Source: Balanoglossus misakiensis
Lineage: Eukaryota > Animalia > Hemichordata
NCBI GenBank assembly: GCA_040954595.2
Contig: CM082577.2
Location: 6,721,846 to 6,785,845, forward strand
Reading direction: 5' to 3'
Length of the DNA: 64,000 nucleotides
A program made the translations under genes and the position numbers. Below are positions 43,001 to 57,548 of the stretch, piece by piece. Position 1 is the stretch's first letter, and each line of letters starts with the position of its first letter. The notes beneath the pieces were generated by a model. That model did no database searches. It was not told the origin of the DNA and saw only the letters and a program-made list of their open reading frames with translations.

Positions 43001-46000
43001 TGGCGCTGTGCATTTCCCAATTACCATTTGTTGTGAAGCACTCCACAGAGGTCTTTTTCCTACATACCAGTTACCTGCATACGTACATCAACAACATGAT
43101 ACATGTTTCTATGCTAATAATAAAATGAAATCTAGCGCAAATGAAAGCAAACATTGAGTATTGAGAAAGTGATTTCTTACAACAGTGTATCGTAAACTTT
43201 TTCAGCAGAATTTGAGTTTATTATTCATGAGAACAAAATGGTGTGTAATTTGTGACGTTTTGGATCAAAAATCACAATGACTGTTGCTGTAGAACAGCAT
43301 CAGTTGTAATTCTGTAGAGACAGTATGTCAGTCGATGAAGTGTGTCATCTCGATCCCGTTATGACCTGGATAGAGACATACAAATCATAAGAGCTCTCTC
43401 TCTCCAAGTCATTCAGGGCTAAAACCCTTGCATTGCAGATGCAAGCATCCAAAATCAGGACCTAGTTAGTGCTCTAACCCGGGGCTGCATTGTTGTCCTT
43501 TGCAGAAAATGTGAGAAGGAAAAAGTCACATCCCACTGTACCTTCTCCATTACTCTCTTTCTCTTTGTGTGTTTCCGTGGAGCTGCAAGGCAGTTGCCAG
43601 GGCAACCACCGCCGTCGCTTGTTACAATGAGCAGTTTCTTATGAAAATGTCAAGTATTTGAAAGGGGATCATATCATATCAAATCCGCTATTTTAGAGTG
43701 TAAAGGGAAGGAATCAGAAAGAAAGATTGATCAGAAGACTTATGTCAGAATATGACATGATGATGGAAGATGAGCTGTGTAATCAGAGGAAATAAGTGCA
43801 TTTCCTCTCCAATTATATCCCCACATCATTTGTATTGTCTTACTGCATCAGTTCTAGGAACTGAGGCGATTGGTTTAAGACTAGGGGTGACTGACTTACA
43901 TTTGGAAGGTCTGAATGACATTGAAATATGATAATACTATATTGATGACAGCAGAAGTCTGTATCAGGGCTTCAGTATTACCATATATTAATCTATAGTA
44001 GCTTTGAAAACTGAAGGAAAAAGAATACCATCAAGACTTTCTTATACTGCTGATGCTTTGCCCACCTTCAGTATCTGTGTTGTAATTTCACTTTCACAAC
44101 AATTATGTAATAATAAGGTTTCAAAATCAGACTCAAAGTCAACATTCTGATATATTTTTTTTAATAAGGGGGATCACACAGATGCTTCTGTGTCAAGTGT
44201 GAACATGCGAAACAGCCTATGGGTAGCAATGTATCTATGTGAATAAAAATCATGATTATAAAAAAAGTTTGTTTGAATCGGATGGCCGTCTCATGTGAGA
44301 GCTGATTACCAGAGACATAAAAATGTCAATACATGTATATATTACATGAAATTATCGAAGGCAACACACTTCATAAATTGATACCACTGTTGCCAATCTA
44401 CGCCATAAAATAATCACTCCCTTGTCGTGAAGGAAAATCCATCCCGTCTAGTTTTGGATACCATGTGTTTATTAGCCACGTGGATCCCGACTTGCTAGAT
44501 CAACCACCGGTACAATGATACAGAAACAGATGAGTTGATATTTGACTCAGTGCCTTTTTATACTACACAGGTAGGAGCTTTACTCGGTTACAGACTTGTG
44601 GCAGTTTTCTTGACATTCAATACTCATTAAGAAAGTATTGCTTCCTTCCAGAAGGGCAGATCTAATTGTCTTCACCAGTGTCTGGGCTTCCAAGTCGGTG
44701 CGCTGTCATGGCCGTGTAGTATTTCCATAGGGATGACATTTTCATTCGGTCGATGGCATCCTGTTTCTGGCAGATAGCACCATCGGAGAGGATCCACGGA
44801 GTCACAGTAGCCGGAAGCTGATGGAAATTTCCTGTACATTTGTAGCAGACAGTTCATAATTGAGACTCTGCCCAAGAATATGTCAATATTGTATGTGTGT
44901 CCAAGTGTGTGGGGGTTTGGGTCACAGACACGCCGAAATTGCCTGTAATTTTCATGAAAGATGGCCGGCCATCTTTTTTTCAGGAACATGTATCCTCTGT
45001 GCATGTAATTTATCTGTTTTGGAGGCTGTGGATAAAAAAGCTGCACACTTCTCTAAAGTTCTCTTCTGCCATCTTGATGTCAGTGTTGTAAATATGGTGT
45101 TCCTGAAGCTAGCTTCAGCGAAGGAAAACGTGTGGGTGTGGTCATACCTGGGGCGTTTCTTAGAATTGCTACACAGTTCTGACATTATATCATGGATATA
45201 ACAGTACATGTACATTTCTCTCTCAAGAGTATCTCTTCCCTCTGGACATTCGGCATTGAGCTCAGTGTGGGAGATTACTAAAGCTCAAGTAAAGGCCAAG
45301 TAACCGCATCTTATTTCTTCCCGGGGAAATGCCACTAAATTTTTAATTTTCAATTTTAAATACCCTTCGTCCTGTGCAGACTTTATTGTGAGCATACTTC
45401 TAATATTTAGTAAAATGTTTTATTCAGTTTCTTATCCAAGCCATTAGGCATTTGGCGATTTTTTTAAAATGTCAATTAAGGATTTGCTAGAAAGGAAAAT
45501 ATTGCGCTGCTGTCTGTTCAAATAATGGATTGCAGCATTGCATAGGTTGGGTGAACTGGTTAATGAGCCAATGGTTGGTTGATGTCTCAAGGTTCCATCT
45601 AGTTTTGCCGGCAAGTTGTTGTCTAGATATTACATTTTTAAGTCCCTGTGGTACCTAACTCTGTGTGTGTGGATTCCATGTGAAATTCCCCTGATCACTA
45701 CATCTTATTTGGTGCTTATTAGAATCACAACCCCCACTATTTTGAATGCAGCTTTTGTATCTTGCACATGTTCATTCAGCATTTGTTCCAGATGGACTTT
45801 TGACCCCGCACTATTTTTCCAAGCGCCCTCCCCACAACAGTTTTCCCAGGTACTCCCTGCCAAGAGACAGCCATGTATTCTGAGTGCTGATACACAATGA
45901 CTGGAAGGTGTCTCTGTCGTCTTCGTGATTGGCTTCATTAGTTTGGAATCATGTTTCTGGTTGAAGTTACCAGTAGTTTTAACCCCACGGCTGTTATTTT

Positions 46001-49000
46001 AGCAATCATTTGTTTTGTGATGTGTTCCAGTAAAAAAAGTTAGATGAGTTTGGGCCATGGTTAGGGGACCCTCTAGAGTCTAGTCCTGGAAGCATGGGTT
46101 CAGGGGTCGTGGGTCGCGCTGAGGTCACGGTACGGTCGATCGAAATGCCAGGATATGGGCACTTTGCCAAATTCATTAGCGGGACCAACACCTAGAGATT
46201 CCAACACAGTGGCTAAAAGTCGATCCACATTTTATCACGTTGTCATTTACAAGTAAACTTGGTGAGTATACTAGATAGCGGCCATTGCCTCGGCCAATAG
46301 CGCGGAACAGCCCTAGCCCTGCGGTCGCGGCCTGCATAGTTTTGTGTATGCGCGGGTACTATGTCTCTTGCTGATTGAGACGAGGCTGCACTTGGCGTGC
46401 AAGCAACTGTCATGTTGGGGTATGTTTGGTCTGTGATGGCGGAGAATTTACCGGTCGCTTCTTTATGGTGGGCTCTGTCCGTTTGGTCTGAAAGAGGTTT
46501 CCAGTAGCAAAATTGGTGAAGGCAAAATCATACATGAACAGAAAATTGTATGACGCGGTTGGGGGGGGGGGGGGTTGAACAGACGACAATTTGTGAATGT
46601 TGGCTGTAAACGTTTTACGTGTTGTTGTTGTTATCAAGATGACGTTGTTGATATCAACATTTACTGTACATGTAAAATTGTCATTCGGCCATTAATTCAA
46701 AACAGACGAAAGTCCTGACAGCTACACCTTTCTAACACGAAACGCCGTGGTTTCTCAAGTCAGTGCAGCTGAATAAGACCATGGAGACTGTAGTCCATCA
46801 CGACAGCATTCTGGTATTTTGCTCATAGTACTTATGGTTGCTAAGTTGTTTTTGATTTACAACTTACAAGTACATTTCAAGTACATTTTATACACAAAGA
46901 CAGTAAACTCCAGTGCTGCCTTTAGATATTATAAATCAGTAAATTATTTTGTAGTCTTTGGTTAGTACAGTACCTGTTTCTGGCAGTGTACCCAAATTTA
47001 AATACATGGATGATGACCATGACAGAAGAACAATCAAGCCTGAGTTGGATATATTTGAGAAGGAGAATGAAATAACAAGTGTAGTAAAGTCCAATATGTC
47101 TTGAAAATAATAGATAATAAAACCTTTTTAACGCTGCCAGTGCCATGAGGTCAAATTTGGTAAAAACAGATGGGAGCAGGCGTAGTATTTGACATTCATT
47201 GAGAAATATCCTTGGAAGATTTATCGTTAAATTGAAGAAATATAACCATTACAATGTATAGTGTAGTGCTGGTCTGCTTTTATGTAGCTGAATTTTTGAC
47301 CCCTCTGGGGCTGGTGTGGGATTGCCACAACAGTTAGATTTCATCGTTAATTTATACTCCCATTGTTGTTGAGTATTTCAGAGTGGCAAGTTATAACATG
47401 TGCCCTGAGTTACATGCACAGTCACACAAGAGAGAAGGGGGAAATGAAAAATACCAGTGCTGTGCAAATTTATAAGTGTAGTGTGTACAGAGTTGGAATA
47501 GATCTGTATTTTTCAAATCTTGGAAGGATTTTAATCTTGACGTAATTTGAAAAAGTTCCAGTACATGGCTCCAGTGTTATTGCTTGTTGGGAGAGAGGTT
47601 AAAGGTCACCTTATGGAGGCGTATTGAGACCAAGCCGGGCAGTGTGTACAGTTGTGTTAGGTTTGTTAGCTATATACATAAGCTTCTTAAAACTGTGTGT
47701 GCTGCCATCATACATTGCTCTTGGGCAGCTTCAGTGGGTCACGTGACGAGCTCAATTGTTGTACGGCGCAAATCAGGCTATTGTTGGCTGCAGTCGTTAT
47801 GTTACCATCAAAGCAGATGCATTGCACAGCGATGAACACTCTTTATGGACTGATGACCTCAGTTTTCTGATCAGGACTTGAAGTCTTGTTTTTGAGGAAA
47901 TCACACACAGCTCAATAGCTGTTTACATCCAACATATCTGAATTTCAGTGCTTTATACGTGCGCTGAGTTCACCACGGACAGCTCAGGGGAACTGACAAA
48001 TTTGTACATACTCGGATTTTTCTCTCTCTTTTTTTCTTCAATGTGTGTGCGTACTTTTGCCAGCTTGAACTTGCCATTCCAGGGTGTGTAGACGTATTGG
48101 TTTATTATTAGCGAGCACCGGGTTTATCAGTATTCTCTCATGAATTTACAAGGTAAGACATTTGACCTGATATATATGTTGGCATGTGCCTGTTACAGGG
48201 GAGGTCAACACGACTAAAAAGACAAACTGTGCAAATCCTTTTACATGTAAAAAAAGAAGGGGGGAGTGCTCTTAACGATGCAGAGTTGTTAACAAAACTG
48301 CGGTTTAGAACAAAAGTGACCTCCTGTGGATTGAATGGTGTACATTATTCCAGTCTGTTGTTTTTTTATGGTTGAATGCAGCTATTTTTTATGTGGGGTG
48401 TTTTTTGTTTCGTGGTATTGATCTCTGCTGTGTACGAGAGTGTGCGTATATGTTTACTTTAGGGTTGGCAGGTAGCAGGAGGCCTCATGAATTTAGTGTT
48501 TTATTTTACGAGTCCCCCATTGCTGATGGTGATTTCCTTCGTAAGTTTTCAGTCCTGGAAGATCGTGGCATTGTGTTTTTCGGGCACGGTCTAAGATTTG
48601 TGTCGGGTTAGAACTGTGCGTTTTGTAGCCGCAACCAAGGTATCCAACATGTCTGCCGCTGTTAATACATTACTGTCACACTGGCACCATTCTTGCAAAG
48701 CGGTACATGTTGTAGCTGGTGCTACGTGACTTGAGATATTTTTTTTTAAATCTGAATTTCTTCCCCCCTGTTTTTGCACACAGTACAGGCACTTCCCAGA
48801 CATTGCCGTTTGTATTGAGTAGATTCCGAGACCAGCACTTCTCCGCAGCTTAATCAGCCAGGGAGATTTAATTTGCTAGACTGTGAAGTCAGCTGATATT
48901 TATGCAAATCAATATGGCGGCCATTTCTGATACTGGTGCTTCTGAAGTGACCTCTTTGGGTGGCATCAAAGCGAAAGTAGACAAATGCCTTATTTGTCTT

Positions 49001-52000
49001 TTTTTGAACGCATCTAATATCTTAGCTTGTATCCACTTAACAAAACAGTGCCATGCTAACCCCAGGAATATGTATTTTAGGGGACAGTGAAAGTGTCTGT
49101 CGTTTTAAATCAGGGTTTAGTTGATTATCTTGTTCATGACTTAAAAACAAAACAAGCTGTAAAAGTAACCTTGTGTTGTCCGTTTTAGGTGATACAATGT
49201 ATTTTCTCACAGTTGCACTCAAATTTATTGTGGAATTTGCAGGCACAAGTATTTCAAAAATTAAAAAAAAATTGTAGTTGTGATCGACACTGCGTCATAC
49301 TGCTTTATGGTTGTTTCTGACACCTTAGGAAACTAAAAATGTGAAAGAGGTTTAGATAAACAAACGTGTTATTGGACCAAAAAGTAAAGAACTCCATGCC
49401 TGTGGTGCAGAGTTTTGTCGACAGTCTCACTGGTTCTGCCACCAGAGAGAGGGGGGAATGAGTGTTTTCATGAATGAGCTAGCCACTCGGCAAGTTTATG
49501 GAATTTGTGAATGTCTGTTGAAATGTGCCTGATATCTTCATGCCCAGATCATTATCACTCAGTGTTGATGTAAATTGTGCATTCATGAGTGGTGAGCCCT
49601 GCAGAATACGCAATTGTTAGGTTGCCTCGCCTTCGACTGATTTTCATGCGCAAGTGGGCCCCAAACAGGGTTTGAAGGCAGGCAGTGTTTACTGATATAG
49701 GGCGAAGCGTATTTCTCATTGTCAGATCCCCTCTCCACATCACAGATAAAAAGGTTTTCATTTTGAGCGTGAAATTGGCTGGAAGAACTCGATTTATGTG
49801 CGACAGTGCGGGTTCGTCAGCTACTTTGCTTCTTGTCAATTATTGATCTGGGAGATGAGAGGGGTCAGGAGGAAGATGGCATGTAATGGATTGCTCTGAA
49901 TAATGGACGTACCTCATCTGCCCAGACAGATAGCAGTATAAACAAGAAACAAACATTATTTATCGCGAGATGACGTCAGGTTTCGTGCGCTTCAAATTTA
50001 GCAGGGACCAATGACATGGCGGTGTGTTCTGTCACGATTTTCAGTTAAGATTGAAAATATGAATTTGAAGAGATAGAAAAAAAATACAATAGACTGATTA
50101 ATACTAATTTTAATTAAAATACTGTTGAAAGTTTCTACAATGTTGCGTGCAGCGTCGACCATTGTGAAAAGTACACATGGTGGTTTTGGCAACTGGAGTT
50201 TTCATGTTGAATTTTTTATCGCGAAAAAAGCTGACACAAAACAGGCTGTGCTGGTGATTTTGCTGAAAGAAACACACAAGAAAATTGACCTCAGTTGGGT
50301 TCATGTTATCAACTGATTAGGCTGTGGTGATTAGGGCCACTGATATGATTGCTAATGACATTTTACAGCCTTGCATCATCAGATAATCACAGCAGGGAAG
50401 CTCTATTGATACTTTGTCTGGTTTGAAGAAGAAAAAAAAAAAGGAATGGAAGGGGGGGGGGGGCATCATTAGGATGTCTCTGTGTTTCAGCCCAGCTGGC
50501 TGCATCTGATGGAACAGATTACAGTGGGATTGAAACCTGTAGCCGGTGGATTGAAAGATAATCGTTTGCAGAGGGACAGGGATCAGTGAGAAGAGAGGGG
50601 GAAAAAAGGCAGTGGCCCCTGATTATATTATTAGAAGATATATTGATGTTTTGTCTGGCTGTGCAGTAATGTTAGGCTGGCATGTTTGATGAGAACGTTT
50701 GTCATGGGGGTATACATACAAATTAAAATCAGAAGTACAAAATAAAAAGTTCTACAGCCTCAGCCTGCCTTTCATTCTTTATCCAGAGCCAGATTTAGAT
50801 TTGAGGAAGTGAATAAATTCTGTAGACTATAGTACATGTATTCACAGACCAGACATGAGGTGGTTCTATTTCTCCTATTATTTACTAACGTCATTTCAAC
50901 AAAAGGTTTGCATTTCAAATTAAAGTAATAGTCAGCTAGTCAGCAGGGAAGTTAAATTTTATTGCAAATCTAATAAGATTGAATCTGAGAATACAGTTAG
51001 TTACCAGGAACAGTTTGCAATGGCATTCTTGGGAAGGAAATTTCCTGCAGCCGTGCTTGAATGACAAAAACCCTGAAGTGTGTAAAAGCAACTACAAAAA
51101 ATAAATTTACCACACGGGAGTGTTTTGACTTTAGAGAAGATGTTCATTCACGCACCACACTCAATATTGTGACGGAGTTGCTCACAAAATTACTTGAATA
51201 TAAATGATTTATGGTGTAATACAAAAGGCTTAACGACCAGTCACTTTGCTTTTAGGTAATAGTGCAGACGCTATTGATTTATTCTCAAAGCGAAACCAGT
51301 TAAAGTTTGTAATGGTTTTGGCAGAAACAGTATGGACGGCTTCATATTTCATGGATGTGCAATAACTCTCAGAGTATGGAAATCATGACATTTTAATGGC
51401 CATAGATGTAACTTTTTTTTAGCACGTCATGATTCGCAGCGTAGTGTATAGACGCAGCTGAATTTTCTTCCATTTGGAACAGATGCAAGAAATAGTTACA
51501 CCAAAATTGAATATTTTTAATCACTAGCACTTTTATTATCTTCTGATCTGTACATTTTTAGGTCATTTTTTTTCAATTAATCTGTGTGAGGCAGAACTTA
51601 GCTAAAAAAATTATGTTCTTTGCGATAGTTAGTATGTATCATGGTGCAGACATGAGAAAGCAATCACAAACTGCATATCAATTTTACCACAAAATAATAG
51701 AACTGGCAGAGGATATTATGCAGTGCTTATGACCTCGCGAACCCTGGCATTTGCCGTTACAGTGGTTCCATACAACGTTGTAATTAATACGTGCTTTGCC
51801 TCTTCGTCTGCTGAGACACAAAAACTGCCCGGCAGTGCATAGCAAGGACGCGAGGGAGATATAAATGAAGTTGTTAATGAATGGTTGCCATGGATATCGG
51901 TGTATGTTTTTTTCCTGTGTAATCTCGACTCTATCGGACCCATGAGGTTGAGCTGATAGGAAGGGCTGGCTTGAAGGAAATTACCTAATCAAATCGTACC

Positions 52001-55000
52001 CATTGAAATGTTAAATCCTGTGTATCTTGTGTACACCCAGTATCTGGATCAGGAACAGCTATGAATTTCATAGTCTTTTTATAATGACAAAAAAGGTGGA
52101 TTAAATTATAGTTTCGTCAAACAATACTTTTTTGCATGATTTCAGTTTGCCGTTGTTAAAGTTTACTGTGATAAAATTCTGAAAAAAATATGGTTTTTAT
52201 CTGGTTCATGTGTAAAAGAATTGTAATAGATTATTTGTATGACGCCGTTCACAGATTTTAGTGGAATGGCGATCGTCAGTTAATTCTTAATGGAAAGTTT
52301 AATCTGATAGTCGTGTTTGTGATTAATCAGGTGATCTGTCTGCTTGTTACAAGGTAACGGTTGAAATCTGCCCAGATAAAAGGCTTCAAGATTTAAAACT
52401 AAGGATTACAAAGATGACCTCAAAAGTAAAGCAGTATTTACTATGCTGTCGTTTGTTTACACAACATGGTGATATATCTGCAGCTGTGACATATCTCATC
52501 TCTGCATATAATCATGTCTCCTGGTTTTTCAAAAAAATGAAATTAATGAAGGAAATGGTCAGACAGTTTGAAAAAAATTAAAACATGATATAAACTGTGG
52601 AGAGAGAAAAAATAGGATTTTCTCAGTCTGATTTGGTGCTCAACTCCAAAGTAACAAATCCTGGGGTTGTAATCTATCAGCTGTAATTAATATAAACCAA
52701 GAGTGAATTATTTATAAATGTACGGAACCTGACAGATGGAAAACCATTAGACTGGAAAAAAGCGTTATGTGTGTTTCGGGCGTTATCATAAGCTCTACAT
52801 CTGTGTACCAGTACTTCGTCAGCCAAACCATACATGTTCGTCACTCGTATATGGAATTACACGCATTGTTTTAGTGCTCAGATACCAGTATAAAGGTTCA
52901 CACTCGGGACACTAATGTTTGAATTACTGAAAGTTCTTCAGGACTAAAATACTCTAAAAAAACACTGTAAACATGAAATTCCTGGAACGGAGTGGGTGGG
53001 TGTTAACCTGTGCCTGCCATAAAGACTTCACAGCAACAGGTCGCCACATGCACATGCATCCCATTGTGTGCCAGCTAAAAATTGTCGATGTTTATCTTGC
53101 ACCAATGAGAGGATCAAAGTGTTGACCTGAACCACATAGCAGTGACACTATGGTTACCAGCCCTGCTTGGGAACTTGCCCCCACATTCGTGGCTAATCAC
53201 AAGATTTTTATGTCAGGCTTAATATTTGAATGTGATTGCGAGTTTAGGTTTCGATTGGTGTCATGTCAACTGCTTGAGATTTCTGTTGATGTACTTTGAA
53301 CGTATCAGAAGTTGACTTGGATTTTGAGTTGGTCGGTACCGTACTGTTTTCAATTATGTGATTGGAAGCCTTATTGATACATGCATAACTGGCTTGGCTG
53401 ACTTCACTTCAACTGTCCTGAACACCCGAGGCAGAGTTGTGGCTTTGTTTGCGAACAAAACTCAGTGTACCATTCCTTTGAAATGAGAGAAATCACTACT
53501 ATGGCATCTTTTGGAGAACTTGTGTGGATTTGATACATGTGAGGCATGTTGACTCGAAGTTGCTTATGATCAGAGTGTGCTGCTGTCGTGTGAGAATTGT
53601 GGAGCCCTTGGAAAGCTACAGTTGTGCCAACAGGATGATAAAATGATGCCCACTATCTTCTATCTACAGAGTCTGGCAACCAGTAGATTCATTTTCTAAT
53701 GCCTACTAAATAGAATTCTGCAAAGCCCGTGGTTTGTGCTGTTGCCTCAAGGGATGGGGGCGTAAGTGCTGGCCTGGAACTAGTTCATCCAATGGGTCTT
53801 TGCATCTGTGGTGTAATTAGAAAAAAAAAAGTTTGGTGTTGCCATGGTTTGCTTGTTCTACTGTGCTTCCCCATGAAAATCACCCGTGGCCATATTGGCT
53901 CGTGGTGTAATTATCCAAATTGAAGTGGTGTTAGTAGGGCTTGTTTTTTTCACCACAGCGCGCATTTCTTTGCATTTCCTGGTTTTCAGGCTTCGGCTTT
54001 CATTTCCGTCACGAAAGATCTGCATCAAGATACGCAGACATTGTTAGGGCTTCCTGTCCAGTCTGTTCATAGCCGTGCGGCAAACTGTGGATTTCATTTT
54101 AGAGCGAAATCTCTCACGCAACTCCAACACACTGTTCCTCGTTACTCCTCCCGTTTTCTCCCGAGGGTGAAGTCTGTCTGAAATGGGAACGTTTTTCTGG
54201 CACACCTCTTTCCCTTGTATTCTTTCTTGCCTAATCTGTTTTGTAATTAAATAAAGTGTCGTCTTGGGGATTTCTATGAAGGTGCAGGGTGGCATCGGGA
54301 GGATTTTTTAGTGATAGTGGAAGTTTACCCATTTGTCTGCTACATTTTCCTCTTCATACACATACCTGAGGCTAGGGACTTAATGATGATGATAACAGTT
54401 TGTGACCAAAGGGTAAAAAAGAATGACTATGCAACACATCGAAAAAATACAACCAGGTAAAAGATTTTTTCTATAGTTCATATTATTACTAGATACTAAT
54501 TAGCAATGTCAGGCATGTTTGTGTTATCAGCACAGTCGGTATCAAAACAAACAGCATAGCTGCCACATAACTTATGTGTTCTTAATTATTTAAAAGTTAA
54601 TTGTGTGTCATGATATTTAAATATTTTAGATATGTATTATCTCATTAAATTCCACTGTTACATAGGGATCAGGATTCTTGAAATGGCATGATACTTTGAG
54701 TTATTTGGCTGTATTGTTTGTGTAGCTATAGGATTATATGTGGAATGATCTTCATGGAGATGAATATGAAGAAAAGCATGATATTAACTTGCGAAAAGTG
54801 GTCTCCAAGGGACTTTCGTGACCATGGCAACTACAGGGCAGAAACTGGTTCATTCGTGCCATAAACTGAATGTTAAGTCCCCGTGGGACAGGGCTTTTAG
54901 CAATTTTATCATGGTTTGACATTCAAACAAAATGCATCTCAAACACTGACATTGACAAACGAGTAAATAATTGAAACAAATAAATAATAAATTGGTTGCA

Positions 55001-57548
55001 AAGTCATGCTAGTCTGCCCCAGATTGACATAATAGAAGGAACCCAAAGAATATGGAAGAAAATGAAGGTATTTTGAGGTACAAAAATACAAAATTGTTTT
55101 TCAGTTTATCGCCTGGTGTTCTTGTGAGAGAAGGTTGGCTTTCACAATGCTATTTTACCAGCTACGCAAATCGTGCAACAACCCTGAACTGGAGAGAGAG
55201 AGAGATAGTGAGAGAGAAAAAAAAAACTGTGACTGGGAAAGAAATGGGACAAGAGTAAAGTCAATTGACAGAGCAGAGCACAATTGTGCGGTTAAGCTGA
55301 ACCAGCCACTGAAGAAAAGCATTCCGTTGCACAAAGCTAATGAATCTTTTGTCATTGAAAAAATGCTGAAACGAAACTGATCATTGTGAAATCACCCCAA
55401 TGTGGCCTCAGCCTCCGACGCTGTAAGGAGTGGCCTGTGCACTGAGATATGGGGTCATTATTTATACCCCACACAACAGGCGTGTAGCGTCTCTCTGTGC
55501 AGAGCATTCAAAACAGCGGGCATTTATAACATCCTTGTCTCCTAGCTTTCAGAGGCAGGCAGTCATAATTCTTAGGCCGTCACATTCACACAAAGTGTGA
55601 CGTACATGGAATTTGCCCGCTAAACAGTTTATAGTAATACCCCAAACAAACACTTGGGGGGGGGGGGGGCCTCCTCAACTTTGACATAAAACTAAACTTG
55701 CCGCCTTCAGTTTATGCCGTCACCTGGACGTATGTCATTAACGTTACCATGCACTACTTTCTATTAAGTTGCTGTTCGAGAATCCCATATATTGGTATCA
55801 TTTTAATATGCAGATTAACCAGTTGAGACTGTCTGATGATTATGATGTGTATGTGTATGTTGAAACACATTATCAGGCCAAACTGTTTAATAATAAATAA
55901 GGCAGTTAATAAATCATAAAATTCACATAGCGTGAGATGCTACTGTTTTTACAGGTATGCATACAATGAAGCTTGTTCACCACTTCAATGTATGGTGCTA
56001 TCCAAACACCCATATTTAAATCTAAAAAAAAAGAAAAAAGAGCATTAGGCCTATAGGCTATAGTTATACAATGTAATAATAATTTGATAATCCCTGAATA
56101 CCCTGGTTACTTTTTTGTGTGCATTGTATGCAGGTAATTAAACATTGAAAGTTATGTTTTAAAACCAGCTTCAAATTAATGAGTTTGTTTGAAAAAGGTA
56201 TTAAACTGTAGACATCAAAATATTTACCCACACTTGCCTAGCAACGCCTGTCTCGGTGCTCTACCCAAAAAAAGATCTGTTATGCTTCATTGAGTGGTAA
56301 AATTATTTGCATAATTTTGTTACGATTTTATTTGTTTTGATTTCAAGGCAGGTGGCCCCGGCCCCGTTGCTTTGCAAAATTGGCCACAGAATGTAATAAA
56401 TTAACATTTGTACAACGCATGGACTCTGGCTCTGTGCGTTGTATATTGGACTCCTGCAGCTTGGCAATGCATCACGCATGTATCAGTTCTTGGGCCATTT
56501 AAATTATGAACATCTTAAAGATTGCCAGTAGAATTTTAGTGACAGCTTCTGTAGCAGTTATCACTCGCTTTGGGTCAAGATGTATGGTAGGTCATTAACG
56601 AGGTGCTCAGCTGTCCTGTAATGTCAACTTGACTTCTTCATGGATGATTTAGATTAGATAAACTAGGGCTGTGTAGAATCTGAGAACAGTTATGTGAGTG
56701 ACCTTGACCTCGTAGTCCAATAGCTGGAAACAAGCCGCATGTTTACAAATCATTGATCCCATTCTGCTCTAGTACTGGCCTTCTGCGTAGGGAATGTAGT
56801 AATCAGCCCAGTTGAGCTGCCACTAAGTGTCTGGTGGAGAGACCCTCTCATTGATTTTCAATTGATCAATTTTTGTGCTTTAGTTTTAAAACCATAGTAA
56901 AATCCATTAGCATTACCCGTATGAACTGGCCAAAAATGCTGTTATGCATTTTATGGTTATTCAGGTCTGACTTCCTCATGGTACTATTGGAGTGTAGAAA
57001 AAAAAGATCATTAAAGACAACTACATTTTATGTTTTGATCTTGTGATTTATTGTAAATATCTACAGCACCACGCAATTTTTGGAACCACTGTAATTTGTA
57101 ACTTTGTGGGAATATGCATTTTGGGGTCAAGTTATTGAGATATTCCATTCCAATGTAGGGAAGATGAGAATGACTTCAACTGATTTTGTCATTGTTGCAT
57201 TGGTCTGTGTGAAGTGAATGCTTGTATGAATTTCTAAGCACAGCAACGCAACTGAGCTGGCTTGATTTGCAACGAACTACTAGGAGTCAAACACAGAGCT
57301 TACTCTCTTGTTATCGAACTGTGTCTGACTACGTTTCTCTCCAAGCTTATTTGCATTTGAAAGATGCGTCGTCATAGTGGTGACGTTCATTTCCATATTA
57401 CGGTTAGGGACCGACTTGTGACGTTGTTTTAAAAAAGCACCACATGTTCATGTATTTCTGCCTTGTCTTTTGCCTTTGCAGAATCTTGATGATAATTGTC
57501 TGACCAAGTTTCAAGAGATAACCACAGCTTACAAAAACTTAATTCCGG
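34018..57548 (+). CDS. N-terminal J-domain (DnaJ) of a large gene continuing beyond the identified exons
   Basis: Exons 34018-34081, 40642-40706 and 57482-57548 join in phase (1, 0) to give MMSQEKEKSYEVLGLEPNVSPIDITRAYGRLALQYHPDQSDNRNLDDNCLTKFQEITTAYKNLIP. This contains the YEVLGL, HPD and KFQEI..AY..L J-domain motifs. All three exons have canonical splice sites. Confidence 0.85.
41810..42100. repeat. Probable degenerate interspersed repeat
   Basis: Motifs gggtcaccgtg, aattcaaattggcc, taactctatggagaaaa and ctgtcctcggggc resemble an abundant hemichordate repeat as I recall it; unverified. Confidence 0.3.
47738..48152 (+). promoter_or_regulatory. Candidate internal promoter and alternative first exon of the J-domain gene
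   Basis: GTCACGTGAC E-box at 47738-47747, then ATG AAT TTA CAA G|GTAAGA at 48140-48152 with a strong phase-1 donor. Confidence 0.35.

Noticed and set aside
44672-45215. Overlapping 65-124 aa ORFs on both strands
   Set aside because: No recognisable domain, stops in the frames after the nearest acceptor, and no consistent exon structure.
56770-56965. miR-193/miR-2012-like seeds (tactggcc, aactggcc)
   Set aside because: Seed-only matches without 3' similarity or a good hairpin.
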